Shown here piece after piece: positions 18,834 through 27,669 of a stretch of DNA of 64,000 bases. The stretch is from an uncultured Chloroflexia bacterium (GTDB taxonomy: Bacteria; Chloroflexota; Ktedonobacteria; Ktedonobacterales; Ktedonobacteraceae): assembly GCA_963731605.1 (NCBI GenBank), contig CAVSWA010000001.1, positions 439,242-503,241 on the forward strand, given 5' to 3'. Numbering within the stretch: the stretch's first letter is position 1; every line of letters begins with the position of its first letter. Made by a program: the position numbers and the translations under genes. The notes beneath the pieces were generated by a model. It saw nothing but the letters and a program-made list of their open reading frames with translations, did not search any database and was not told where the DNA came from.

Positions 18834-21273
18834 CTAACGCGTTATCACTCGCCGGGGCCATTAGCAGCGCGTTGATAACCGGTTCCCAATTCACATTGCC
18901 TGCTTCAGGCAGAGCATTGATCGACTCATCAAAGCGCAATCCGTAGAAACTGGGTGTAGTCTGTTGCGCGGGGTTCGATCCAGCTTGATCGAAAATTGCT
19001 TTGATGCTTTCGAAATCTACACGGCGGTCGCTTAAACCCTCGCTTGCCAGCAGCGCATCGGCACGGTCGGCCTGAGCAGGCGAGACAACCAGCGCGTCCA
19101 GTAAGCCGGCATCTTCCAGCATATGTTCTATGCGGCCAGCCTCCGCGCTTTCGCAATCGATTTCAGGAATGAAATCGAGCAGCATGTAGAGTGGCAGCGC
19201 GGTAATGCCATGTTCTGCCAGTTTTGCGCGAGCAAGCGTGTGGCGTGCTTGACGCGCTGGTGTGAACTCGGGTTCTGCGCGTTTCTGTTCAAAAAGCGCT
19301 GTGACTTCATCAAAGGCGCGTTGCACTCCGCCGCGCTCAACCTGAAAATCGTTGAGACGCGCCTGCGCCTCTTGCGCCGATTGGTGTAGTAGGCGTTCGA
19401 TGCTTTCGATTGTCTGGCGATACTGCTCCAGCGAGCGGGCGCATTGTTCGATGACGCGAGCGGGTTGAGCTTCATCTTCTGCCAAATCATCTTGTAGCAG
19501 CAACGATGTATGCATTGGCTGGACAACTTCCGGCGGCGCGAATTGTTCCAGCGTGCTGTTGAGCGAGGCAAGGGCATCATAAAAGCGATCGCGAGCGGAT
19601 TGGAAACGGCGGCGCGTCTCGTCCAATTCCTGAAAGCGCGTTGTCTCATATTCGCGCGCGTTTTGCACCTGCGCGTCCAGTTTTTCGCGCTCTTGATGTA
19701 ACGTCTCAAGCCGCTGTAACCAGGCGATGCGCTCCTCTGACAACATGCCAGACAGGGCGGCGATGTTCTGGTGAACAGATGCCGGGTAGGGTGATGTTAA
19801 TGAAATGGAGGCGAGCAAACGCTGCGTCTCTTGTAGTTGGAGGGCGGCTACTTCCCACTGGCTTTCCTCTATAGCGATGCGGCCCAGTTCTCGTGTATGC
19901 GCCCCGCTCTCGGTTTTGATGTTTTCAAAGCGCGCCAGTTGGCGTTGCAGGCTTTCCGTGCTGGCCTGTTTTGATCGACGGGCGGCAGCGAGGCTTTGTT
20001 CTTGCAGTTGCGCCTGCTCATGCGCTTCGCGAGCGCGTTCGCGCGCGGCAGCCAGTTGTTTTGCGGCTTGCAGCCCCTCGCTTGATTCCAGCGTGGTAAT
20101 CTGTTTGCTCACCTCGTATTGTTCCACCTGCAACGTTTGCGTCAGAGATTCTGCAAGTGAACGTTCCTGTTCTGCGGCTTGCAGTTCTTTGCGCAGCTTC
20201 GTGACGCGATGTTGCGCGCTATCTTCGCTCGCTTGCGCGCCGGTATACTCGCAGGCTGCCAGTTGCGCCCTGCTCATCGCCAATCGCTGCTGGGCGCGAT
20301 GCAGGCGGTCAGCAGCGCCGTAGGCCTCCTGGCTGCGCTCTTTCTCGATCTGGATAGCGTCGATGCGTTCTATGGTACCGATCACATGCGAGGTGGTTTC
20401 CCCGGAAATTTTGCGCAGCGATTGTTTGAGGTAGTCATGCACACGCGAAAAGCTTAACTCGCTGCTCAGGTTCGGGCGGCGCAGCACCAGTAAGAGGTTG
20501 ATGAGTTTCTGGAATTCTTTCACATCGTTGAAGCCGAACAGGTAGCGCGCCACCTGGCGTTCGTACTCGGCCTGGGTTTCACAGATAATGCCATGCCCCT
20601 CCATCTGTTGCTTGAAGCGTGGGTGATCGAAAGCATGTTTTTCGTGCCTGCTGCCCACTTCATAGATGGTGTGCATCTCGTGACCGAAGCGCGAGCCATC
20701 GGTAATCAGGAAGCGTAGCGGGCGGATGCGCTCGCTGGCATTGATATTGCCCGCCAGGCTGACGCCGATGGTCAGGAAACGCGCCTTCTCTCGCTCGCCG
20801 TTTTCCCAGAGGCGCCGTAGTTCGGGGGTGAAAGGCGGGGTATCCGCGTCGCACCACTCGAACTCCAGCGCGATGTAGGAGGTGCGCCGCTCGTGGTTAT
20901 AGGGCGTGGCGGATTCGCTGCCACCCAGGATATAGTACTCAATGTGGCGTTCGCGCCCGCCAAAGGTATCGAGGCGATGCGGGCGGATGTCGCCGTCCAG
21001 AGCCAGGGGCAGCGCCGCCGTCAGGACGGTAGATTTGCCACTGGCATTTTCGCCTGCCAGGAAGAGTCGCCCGTGTGGTATCTCAAATTCTTGCGTGCCG
21101 TAAAGCCAGAAGTTGGTCAACAGGATGCGGCGCAGGCGGTAGCCGTGTGGCCCTCCGGCCTCGCCCTGTAACACTTCGACAAACATTTCAAGCTGGCGCG
21201 CCAGTCGCTCCTCAGCCGTTAGCCCATCTTGCGCTTCAGGCCATTGCGTCAAACTATCGAGTGTGTACTGCAT
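18745..21273 (-). CDS. jetC: Wadjet JetC SMC-like ATPase, N-terminal half (N-terminal head plus coiled coil)
   Basis: LTNFWLYGTQEFEIPHGRLFLAGENASGKSTVL provides the Walker A motif, followed by several hundred residues of coiled-coil-type sequence. The ORF ends in the repeat insertion (..PTPTPTPTPLQ stop at 18745-18747). Confidence 0.85.
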   Translation of the reverse strand: MQYTLDSLTQWPEAQDGLTAEERLARQLEMFVEVLQGEAGGPHGYRLRRILLTNFWLYGTQEFEIPHGRLFLAGENASGKSTVLTAALPLALDGDIRPHRLDTFGGRERHIEYYILGGSESATPYNHERRTSYIALEFEWCDADTPPFTPELRRLWENGEREKARFLTIGVSLAGNINASERIRPLRFLITDGSRFGHEMHTIYEVGSRHEKHAFDHPRFKQQMEGHGIICETQAEYERQVARYLFGFNDVKEFQKLINLLLVLRRPNLSSELSFSRVHDYLKQSLRKISGETTSHVIGTIERIDAIQIEKERSQEAYGAADRLHRAQQRLAMSRAQLAACEYTGAQASEDSAQHRVTKLRKELQAAEQERSLAESLTQTLQVEQYEVSKQITTLESSEGLQAAKQLAAARERAREAHEQAQLQEQSLAAARRSKQASTESLQRQLARFENIKTESGAHTRELGRIAIEESQWEVAALQLQETQRLLASISLTSPYPASVHQNIAALSGMLSEERIAWLQRLETLHQEREKLDAQVQNAREYETTRFQELDETRRRFQSARDRFYDALASLNSTLEQFAPPEVVQPMHTSLLLQDDLAEDEAQPARVIEQCARSLEQYRQTIESIERLLHQSAQEAQARLNDFQVERGGVQRAFDEVTALFEQKRAEPEFTPARQARHTLARAKLAEHGITALPLYMLLDFIPEIDCESAEAGRIEHMLEDAGLLDALVVSPAQADRADALLASEGLSDRRVDFESIKAIFDQAGSNPAQQTTPSFYGLRFDESINALPEAGNVNWEPVINALLMAPASDNALDGERATARVPAPHLPQPTPTPTPTPTPLQ
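18754..18828. repeat. G-rich REP-like element (family 2) plus a (GTGGGT)n hexanucleotide microsatellite, inserted inside jetC
   Basis: GTGGGT occurs 4 times plus GTGGGC (18758-18787). This is followed by TGGGGTAGATGCGGGGCGGGGACCCTTGCGGTCGCCCTCTC, which shares GGGGTAGATGCGGGG.CGGG...CCTTG.G with the copies at 5520-5578. It is translated as PTPTPTP in one frame and PHPHPHP in another. Confidence 0.7.
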
Positions 21274-21311
21274 GAATATTTCCCTTTTTCAGCCGCGCAT
21301 CTTCTGGCCGG

Positions 21312-22751
21312 CTATGCCTGCTCTTCCTCGTTCCAACCCGGCAAGGCTGCGGTTGTGGCTTTACGCGTTTCTTTTTTCTTCGCTTTCGACTCCTGGGCTG
21401 CGAGATCGTAGGCGACACGATAGCGCGCGGCGGTCGGCAAGATCAGTATGTTGCCCTTGCTATCGGGTCCGCGTAGCAGCCCGATCTGGCGCATCTTTTT
21501 GTACACTTCGTTCAGCAGGCTGCGCACGCTGCGGGTGCGCGCATCGCTGCCCCAGTTGTCGCCGTAGCGCTCGCGCAATGAATAGAAGAGCGCGTTCATG
21601 TCCTGGGTGGTAGCGTGCAGGCAGCCATAGCTATCGGGTGCAGGCCACGCGCCTGCCTGCACCTGTTCTCGCATGGCGGTACAGAGCAACATAGCAATCT
21701 GGTCAATCGCGCCGAAAGGGGTGAGGCTGGTAACAGGGCCGGAAGACATGCCGCTGGCGCGTGTCACACAGGCGTAATCGCGTTTGACATCCAGTTGCCA
21801 GCCAAAGGTTTCGAGTAGTTCGTTGGCTATTACTTCAGCGTGTATGACCAGTTCAGCGAAAGCTTCGGCGTCGTCAAACCGAAATAATGCCGGGCCGAGC
21901 AGTAATGCGCGCCACGCTCGCGATAATGGGCGGATATGCGCGGCGTATAAGCTTTCCCCTGCCTGTAATAACGTGGGCTGGAGCGCTTGCTCTTTCTCGC
22001 TATTGTTGAGGCGATCTGCAACGACGGCCAGCAACTGGGGATTGAAGGCGGAAACAAGCGAGCGGATCACATCTGTAAATTCGTACAACACATCAGCGCC
22101 GGAAGCCTGCTCGACCCATTGGCGCGTTTGCCCATCGACGAGGCGCAGGCCGCCCAGTTCTTCGAGATAAAGCAGGGCGCGCTGGATGCTATAGCGGTCG
22201 GCCTGCCTGCGAAAATCGAAGGCCGCTTCTTCGTCAAGTGCTGCGAGCGATTGTTCCTGTATCTGTTCCGCCAGTTGGGAGAGCAGAAACTGCTGGTCGT
22301 TGCCGCGCCCGCTCAACTGGCGCGTCTCGGCATACCAGAGAATCCAGGTCAGACAGGCGAAGTCTCCCGGCTCTTTCAGGCGATCGTAGAGATAGCCCGG
22401 CGTGACCGCGCTGAGCTGGCGCACCAGGCGAATCACCGTTGCGCTGCGCTGAATGCGCCAGCCGGTATGCAGGTCATGCCAGTTCTGTAAGGCGAAATAG
22501 TGGCGATTCACCAGCCGGAATAGCTCGGACTGCTGCGACAGGATGATTTCGCGTTCCATCAGGCCGGTGTGCGCTTTCAACAACTCGGCTGTGCTGGTGC
22601 GCTGGCGGGCGAGCGCGGCGCGATTGACGTATCCATTGTTCGATGCCTGCGACGCATCCGCAATGTCTGAAGATATGGCTGTTTCGGGCAAATATGCCAT
22701 CTCAGCATTGCCTGAAGATGACTTCGCCAGCATTTCATGCTCTTCGATCAT
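21312..22751 (-). CDS. jetB: Wadjet JetB-type subunit (TIGR02678 / DUF2398-like)
   Basis: 479 aa. Its start overlaps the jetA stop (ATGA at 22748-22751). The position and the pattern ELFRLVNRHYFALQNWHDLHTGWRIQRSATVIRLV fit the second gene of the TIGR02677-80 cassette. Confidence 0.7.
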   Translation of the reverse strand: MIEEHEMLAKSSSGNAEMAYLPETAISSDIADASQASNNGYVNRAALARQRTSTAELLKAHTGLMEREIILSQQSELFRLVNRHYFALQNWHDLHTGWRIQRSATVIRLVRQLSAVTPGYLYDRLKEPGDFACLTWILWYAETRQLSGRGNDQQFLLSQLAEQIQEQSLAALDEEAAFDFRRQADRYSIQRALLYLEELGGLRLVDGQTRQWVEQASGADVLYEFTDVIRSLVSAFNPQLLAVVADRLNNSEKEQALQPTLLQAGESLYAAHIRPLSRAWRALLLGPALFRFDDAEAFAELVIHAEVIANELLETFGWQLDVKRDYACVTRASGMSSGPVTSLTPFGAIDQIAMLLCTAMREQVQAGAWPAPDSYGCLHATTQDMNALFYSLRERYGDNWGSDARTRSVRSLLNEVYKKMRQIGLLRGPDSKGNILILPTAARYRVAYDLAAQESKAKKKETRKATTAALPGWNEEEQA

Positions 22752-24427
22752 GCCTGTTCCTCCTCTCCACTGTCACGCTGCAAGCGGTAGCGTGGTAAAA
22801 GCAGTATTCCATCGGGCGCGCGCAGGATGGTGTAGCTCTGCTCGTCATAGTTGAGTAATGTAATTGTGGAGCCATCGGGTGCGCGGTACTGGTGGCGTGT
22901 ATCGCCCAGGCATCCATCGATGACGGTCAACAAAATCGCGCGCTCGTCAGCCGTGATGTGTTTGAGCCCGCCAAGATCGAGCAGCGCCGTAGCGAAGAGG
23001 TTGGCGAAACGCAAGGTTTCTTGTTGCAGTTTTTCCTCGTACTGTTTGATGAGTTCGCGCGCGCCATCGTTGCGCACAATCACCGGGTCTTCCAGGCTGT
23101 GTTCCCCGCGATAGGAACGACTGACCGGGCGCAAACGCAGGCTGGCGGTAGGCGGTTGCTGCCATACGTTGGCTTCGGCGACATCATGGCGGGCGCTGGC
23201 TCTGCCCGCCAGGCTCTCCGGCAGATGCACGGGAAGCATGTTGGCAAAGGCCAGGCTGAAAAGCTGTTGGGCGGTATCGCCGTCTCTCGCCTGGAGCAAT
23301 TGCATGGCCAGGGTATGCAGGTTGGCGGCATAGTTGGCGTTGGGACGCGCCGAGGCTGCCAGCACGGAGGCGCGGCGCACAACTTTATCTACCTCAGCCA
23401 GGGCGTTGCGGCGGAAGGAATTGGCATTTTTTCCCAGCGCAAACCAGTTCATCAGCGCGTTCAACTGGTTATCGGCCTCCTGAAGCAGCTCCTCCTGGGA
23501 TGATCTATTTTCCAGGGTTGGCGATGGCGGCTCAAGGTGTTCTGCCACGATCTTGATGAGGCGATCTTTCTTGCCTGTCTCGATCCATTCTGCCAGCAAT
23601 GCGCGTATGCGGCGGCTGTAAAGTGTGAGCGATTGCGCGAAACCGTGTACGTAAGCCACAACTGCCGCTTTATAGGCCTGGTAGGCGTCGAAATCGGGTC
23701 GTCCCTGTTGCGCGGCCTGCATCATATTGGCCAGGTATTGCGCGGCCTCGCGCGCCATGGTATTCCATATTTCGAAAGCGCGCTGCCATTGCTCGGTCAT
23801 GGCGCGCCCGTGCTCGGGGGAGTATTCTTCCGGTAGGTTACGTAAATCTTCGTCCAGCGATTGCAGGGAATTCCACAGGTGCGGCAAGTCTCCCTGGCGC
23901 AGCGCGCCTTTGCCGGTGTTGGCTCTCATCTGTTCATCGAGGAAAGTTTCGATGGCGATGGCTTCCGGCGTGGCCTGGTAGAGCAGGGCCGGGGCAAGGA
24001 AACTGGTGATGGATGTGGCGCGGCTGGAATCGTAAATGGTAGTTATATTGCCCCATTCTTTGAGGGCTGCCAGGTCGTTCTGGCATTGTTCCAGCGTGTA
24101 TTCTGCTTCTAATGTGTCGCGTATCTCGTCGCGCACTTCTTGCGCGGTCAACTGGTAGCGATACAACTCACGATGGGAGTGGAAAAAGTAGCGCATAATG
24201 ACGCGATACCAGCGAATGCGATTGGAAGCGACCAGGTAGCTGAAAATCGGCAGGCGGTCGGTGAGTTGGAAGACAGCAGATGTTGAGATGGGTTCGGGCA
24301 TTAGGTCCGCGCCGATCATGCGCGTTTCTGGCATGTTAAATGCGCGATGCTGGTCTTCATTTACTACAGCCGAATTATCTGGCCGGTATCCATTGTGCAT
24401 CAACTGGCGCTCTCCGAGGCTTTTCAT
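22748..24427 (-). CDS. jetA: Wadjet JetA-type subunit (TIGR02677 / DUF2397-like)
   Basis: 559 aa and first gene of the cassette. FSYLVASNRIRWYRVIMRYFF...QLTAQEVRDEI...DLAALKEWGNI matches my memory of the TIGR02677 N-terminal pattern. Confidence 0.7.
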   Translation of the reverse strand: MKSLGERQLMHNGYRPDNSAVVNEDQHRAFNMPETRMIGADLMPEPISTSAVFQLTDRLPIFSYLVASNRIRWYRVIMRYFFHSHRELYRYQLTAQEVRDEIRDTLEAEYTLEQCQNDLAALKEWGNITTIYDSSRATSITSFLAPALLYQATPEAIAIETFLDEQMRANTGKGALRQGDLPHLWNSLQSLDEDLRNLPEEYSPEHGRAMTEQWQRAFEIWNTMAREAAQYLANMMQAAQQGRPDFDAYQAYKAAVVAYVHGFAQSLTLYSRRIRALLAEWIETGKKDRLIKIVAEHLEPPSPTLENRSSQEELLQEADNQLNALMNWFALGKNANSFRRNALAEVDKVVRRASVLAASARPNANYAANLHTLAMQLLQARDGDTAQQLFSLAFANMLPVHLPESLAGRASARHDVAEANVWQQPPTASLRLRPVSRSYRGEHSLEDPVIVRNDGARELIKQYEEKLQQETLRFANLFATALLDLGGLKHITADERAILLTVIDGCLGDTRHQYRAPDGSTITLLNYDEQSYTILRAPDGILLLPRYRLQRDSGEEEQA

Positions 24428-24621
24428 TGCTTTTGCTTGAACATACGTGGTAGACGAATGTTATTGTAACACGCACAGTCCACCCAGAGTACCAGCATGG
24501 TACTGATTGACTGCTTAAACTCTCTCTCGAAGCAGTTATTCTTTATGACAATGTGGAAAACGGATTCAATCTTACGATTTTTTCGTAAACTTGGTCATAG
24601 CCCTCGGCAAGAAGTTTCCGA

Positions 24622-25845
24622 TCAGCGGCCGGTGACGGCATTGGCATGGGCCGGGAAGCCTTCGAAATCTGCCAGGGCGCGCGTCGTTTTGCTCAAGGAG
24701 GGGTAGCCCTCTGCTGTGACGTAGGCAATGCCGGTGCGTTTCAGGAAGTCGAAAACCGACGTGCAGGAGAAGGTATGGGCGAAGCCGCCGGTGGGCAGCA
24801 CAGCGTTGGTTCCGACACAGTAGTTGCCGAGGCAGAAGGGCGTGTGCGGCCCGATCAGTATCTCGCCCGCGTTTTTCAGATGCGACAACAGGGCGAAGGG
24901 TTCGCGCACCTGCACTTCAAGATGTTCGGGCGCGTATTCGTTGACGAAGTCGATGGCGTCTTGCATATTATCGGCCAGCACGATGCCGCCGGTTCCCTGG
25001 GGCGATTCAAAGACGGTCTGGACGAACTCGCGCCGCCACTCTGGCAGCGCGGCGATTTTCTCCGGCAGGGCTGCTACGACCGCTTCGGCCAGCTTGCGAT
25101 CGTCTGTTACCAGCAGGCTTGAGGAATCGGGGCCATGTTCGGCTTCGATAAGCAGGTCGCGGGCTAACAATTCGACGCTGGCGCTGCCATCGGCCAGGGT
25201 AATCGATTCGCTGGGTCCGGCTGGTAATCCGACATCCACGACGCCGTACAGGATGCGTTTAGCGGCGGCTACGTAGCCACTGCCGGGGCCGGTGATCTTG
25301 TACACGCGGCGAATGGTGTCCGTGCCATAGGCCAGCGCGGCGATGGCTTGCGCGCCGCCAAGGCGATAGATTTCATGCACGCCGCACAAATCGGCTGCTA
25401 CCAGCGAGGCCGGGTCAACACTGCCGTCGGGCGCGGGCGGAGTGCAGACGACGATGCGTGGCACACCCGCGATACTGGCAGGGGTGCTGAGCATGTACAT
25501 TACCGATGGGAAGGCGCCCTTGCCGCGTGGCACGTAGAGGCCAACCGAACTGATGGGAGTAATTTTCTCCCCGGCCATCACGCCCGGCTCTACCTCTGTG
25601 AACCACAGTTCTTGCGGCATCTGGCGTTGGTGAAAGGCGCGCACGTTAGAGATGGCGTGTTGAATAGCGGCATAGACATCTTTATCGAGTTTGCGGTGCG
25701 CCTCTTCGATTTCGGTGGGGCTGACGCGCAGTTGGGCAGGCGTCAGTTGCACGCGGTCGAAACGAGCGGTCAATTCGATGAGCGCTTCATCGCCGCGTTC
25801 GCGCACCGCCCGCACGATGGGGGAGACGCGCTCGAACGAGTTCAT
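24622..25845 (-). CDS. hisD: Histidinol dehydrogenase family protein (HisD), with a displaced 5' end and non-canonical residues
   Basis: Carries RGDEAL..FD, PASIAG, GGAQAIAALAYGT, PAGPSE, EAEHGPD, APEHL, GTNAVLPT and AHANAV. A HisD-like N-terminus (MIHFYELTHLDAARRARLIRRAELQIDEL) is encoded from the ATG at 25924 in another frame, which implies a frame shift near 25826-25846. Confidence 0.85.
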   Translation of the reverse strand: MNSFERVSPIVRAVRERGDEALIELTARFDRVQLTPAQLRVSPTEIEEAHRKLDKDVYAAIQHAISNVRAFHQRQMPQELWFTEVEPGVMAGEKITPISSVGLYVPRGKGAFPSVMYMLSTPASIAGVPRIVVCTPPAPDGSVDPASLVAADLCGVHEIYRLGGAQAIAALAYGTDTIRRVYKITGPGSGYVAAAKRILYGVVDVGLPAGPSESITLADGSASVELLARDLLIEAEHGPDSSSLLVTDDRKLAEAVVAALPEKIAALPEWRREFVQTVFESPQGTGGIVLADNMQDAIDFVNEYAPEHLEVQVREPFALLSHLKNAGEILIGPHTPFCLGNYCVGTNAVLPTGGFAHTFSCTSVFDFLKRTGIAYVTAEGYPSLSKTTRALADFEGFPAHANAVTGR

Positions 25846-25931
25846 CGATTTGCAGTTCCGCGCGGCGTATGAGGCGCGCGCGACGGGCCGCGTCCAGATG
25901 TGTAAGCTCGTAGAAATGTATCATGGTGTAA

Positions 25932-26822
25932 TTACGCTAAACCTTTCCGTTTCATCTGTTCCAGGTCAAATTCTGCCGGAGCAAGAGGGCTGATCTGCGC
26001 GTCGGCGCAGGCCCAACCGATCAGTTGAAATCCAATCTCCAGCCCCTGGACGACGTGGAGTGGATCGTAGGTGGTGAGCAGGTTCAGACAGCGTTGGCGC
26101 AATTCCATCGATTGCTCGGCGCTGACGTGTTCCGCATAGCCTTGCAAAAGAGGCTTGTGCGGCAGAAATTCCGCATATTGTAGCTTATATGTAGATGCCA
26201 GCAAGAGCAGCCAGTAACCTACCTGGCTGCTTTCCAATGTGGTGTCCGATTGGCGGTCGCTATGCGCGTGCTCGCCGGTCTGCACCTCGGCCAGTTCTTG
26301 CAGCTCGTCGGCCAGGCGCGCGGTGAGGTACGCGGGACTGTGTTCCTGTAAGAGGCGCGAGGTATTGGACTCCTCGCTCATATCGTGTTCGCGCAGGTAG
26401 ATGTAGACGCCGTACAACTGGCGCATGGCCTTTTCGAGCGGAGCGGCCAGTTGCGCGCTGTATACCTCATCGGGGTCAAAGACACGCTCCGCTATGGTCT
26501 CGTATGAGCCGTCGGGGAGCAGGCGTCGGTAGTAGCAACTGCGATAGCCAGTGTGGCAGGCCGCGCCGCCGTGCTGGGTGACGCGAATGAGCAGGCTGTT
26601 CTCTTCGCAATTGACGTAGATCGAGCGCACTTCCTGCGTATTGCCGGACTGTTCCCCTTTGCGCCAGAGCGCGTTTCTTGAGCGGCTATAGAAGTGGGTA
26701 TAGCCGGTAGCGCGTGTGCGGTCAAAGGCGGCCCGGTTCATAAAGGCGACCATCAACACTTCGTGTGTAGTATCGTCCTGGATGACGGCGGGAATCAACC
26801 CTTCGCGATCAAAGTTCAGCAT
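25932..26822 (-). CDS. hisIE: Bifunctional phosphoribosyl-AMP cyclohydrolase / phosphoribosyl-ATP pyrophosphatase (HisIE) with an extended C-terminal MazG-like part
   Basis: The N-terminal HisI part has LIPAVIQD..., WRKGEQSGN and [14 protein letters not shown]. The C-terminal HisE-like part is about 170 aa (ELQELAEV...[12 protein letters not shown]), longer than a usual HisE. Confidence 0.85.
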   Translation of the reverse strand: MLNFDREGLIPAVIQDDTTHEVLMVAFMNRAAFDRTRATGYTHFYSRSRNALWRKGEQSGNTQEVRSIYVNCEENSLLIRVTQHGGAACHTGYRSCYYRRLLPDGSYETIAERVFDPDEVYSAQLAAPLEKAMRQLYGVYIYLREHDMSEESNTSRLLQEHSPAYLTARLADELQELAEVQTGEHAHSDRQSDTTLESSQVGYWLLLLASTYKLQYAEFLPHKPLLQGYAEHVSAEQSMELRQRCLNLLTTYDPLHVVQGLEIGFQLIGWACADAQISPLAPAEFDLEQMKRKGLA

Positions 26823-27582
26823 GGCGTATCGTTACTCCTTTCGCGGCTAAAAACGCTTTGGCCTCGGAAATACGAATCTGTCCAAAGTGGAAAATCGAGG
26901 CTGCCAGGACTGCGTCGGCCTCGCCGGATGTCAGGCCCTCGTAGAGATGCTCCAGCGTTCCCACGCCGCCTGACGCGATGACCGGCACGGAGACGGCCTG
27001 GGCAATGCGAGCGGTGAGCGTGAGTTCGTAGCCTTGCCGCGTGCCGTCGCGATCCATGCTGGTGAGCAGAATTTCGCCCGCGCCCAGTTCTACGCCGCGC
27101 CGCGCCCACTCAACGGCGTCTTTGCCGGTGGGAGTGCGCCCGCCGTGAATGAAGACTTCGTAGCCGCACGGCATGGCCGCATTGGAACGGGCGTCGATAG
27201 CCAGGATGATGCACTGCGCCCCAAATTGTTCGGCTCCAGCGCGCAGCACGTCGGGATGCTGGACGGCGGCGGTATTCAACGATGTCTTGTCCGCCCCTGC
27301 GGCCAGGGTTGCGCGGATGTCTTCCACGCTGCGTATGCCACCGCCCACCGTCACGGGAATAAACACCTGTTCGGTGGTGCGGCGCACCACATCGAGCATG
27401 GTGGCTCGATTTTCGACCGAGGCGGTGATGTCCAGAAAAACGAGTTCATCCGCGCCTTCATCATTATAAAACTTCGCAAGCTCAACCGGGTCCCCCGCGT
27501 CGCGCAGGTTGACGAAGTTGATGCCCTTGACGACGCGCCCGGCGGTAACATCGAGGCAGGGGATGATACGTTTAGTCAGCAT
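26809..27582 (-). CDS. hisF: Imidazole glycerol phosphate synthase cyclase subunit HisF
   Basis: [41 protein letters not shown] and IASGGVG. Confidence 0.95.
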   Translation of the reverse strand: MLTKRIIPCLDVTAGRVVKGINFVNLRDAGDPVELAKFYNDEGADELVFLDITASVENRATMLDVVRRTTEQVFIPVTVGGGIRSVEDIRATLAAGADKTSLNTAAVQHPDVLRAGAEQFGAQCIILAIDARSNAAMPCGYEVFIHGGRTPTGKDAVEWARRGVELGAGEILLTSMDRDGTRQGYELTLTARIAQAVSVPVIASGGVGTLEHLYEGLTSGEADAVLAASIFHFGQIRISEAKAFLAAKGVTIRHAEL

Positions 27583-27596
27583 AATCTTCCCTTTCT

Positions 27597-27667
27597 GTCA
27601 TTCTGAGCGAAGCGAAGAATCTCACTTTCGCCGCGATGCAGAGATTCTTCGCTTCGCTCAGAATGAC
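27597..27667. repeat. Perfect 27-bp-stem palindromic REP-like element (family 1) in the hisA-hisF intercistronic gap
   Basis: GTCATTCTGAGCGAAGCGAAGAATCTC (27597-27623), a 17-nt loop, then GAGATTCTTCGCTTCGCTCAGAATGAC (27641-27667). It fills the space between the hisA stop (27670) and the hisF start (27582). Confidence 0.9.
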
Positions 27668-27669
27668 AA

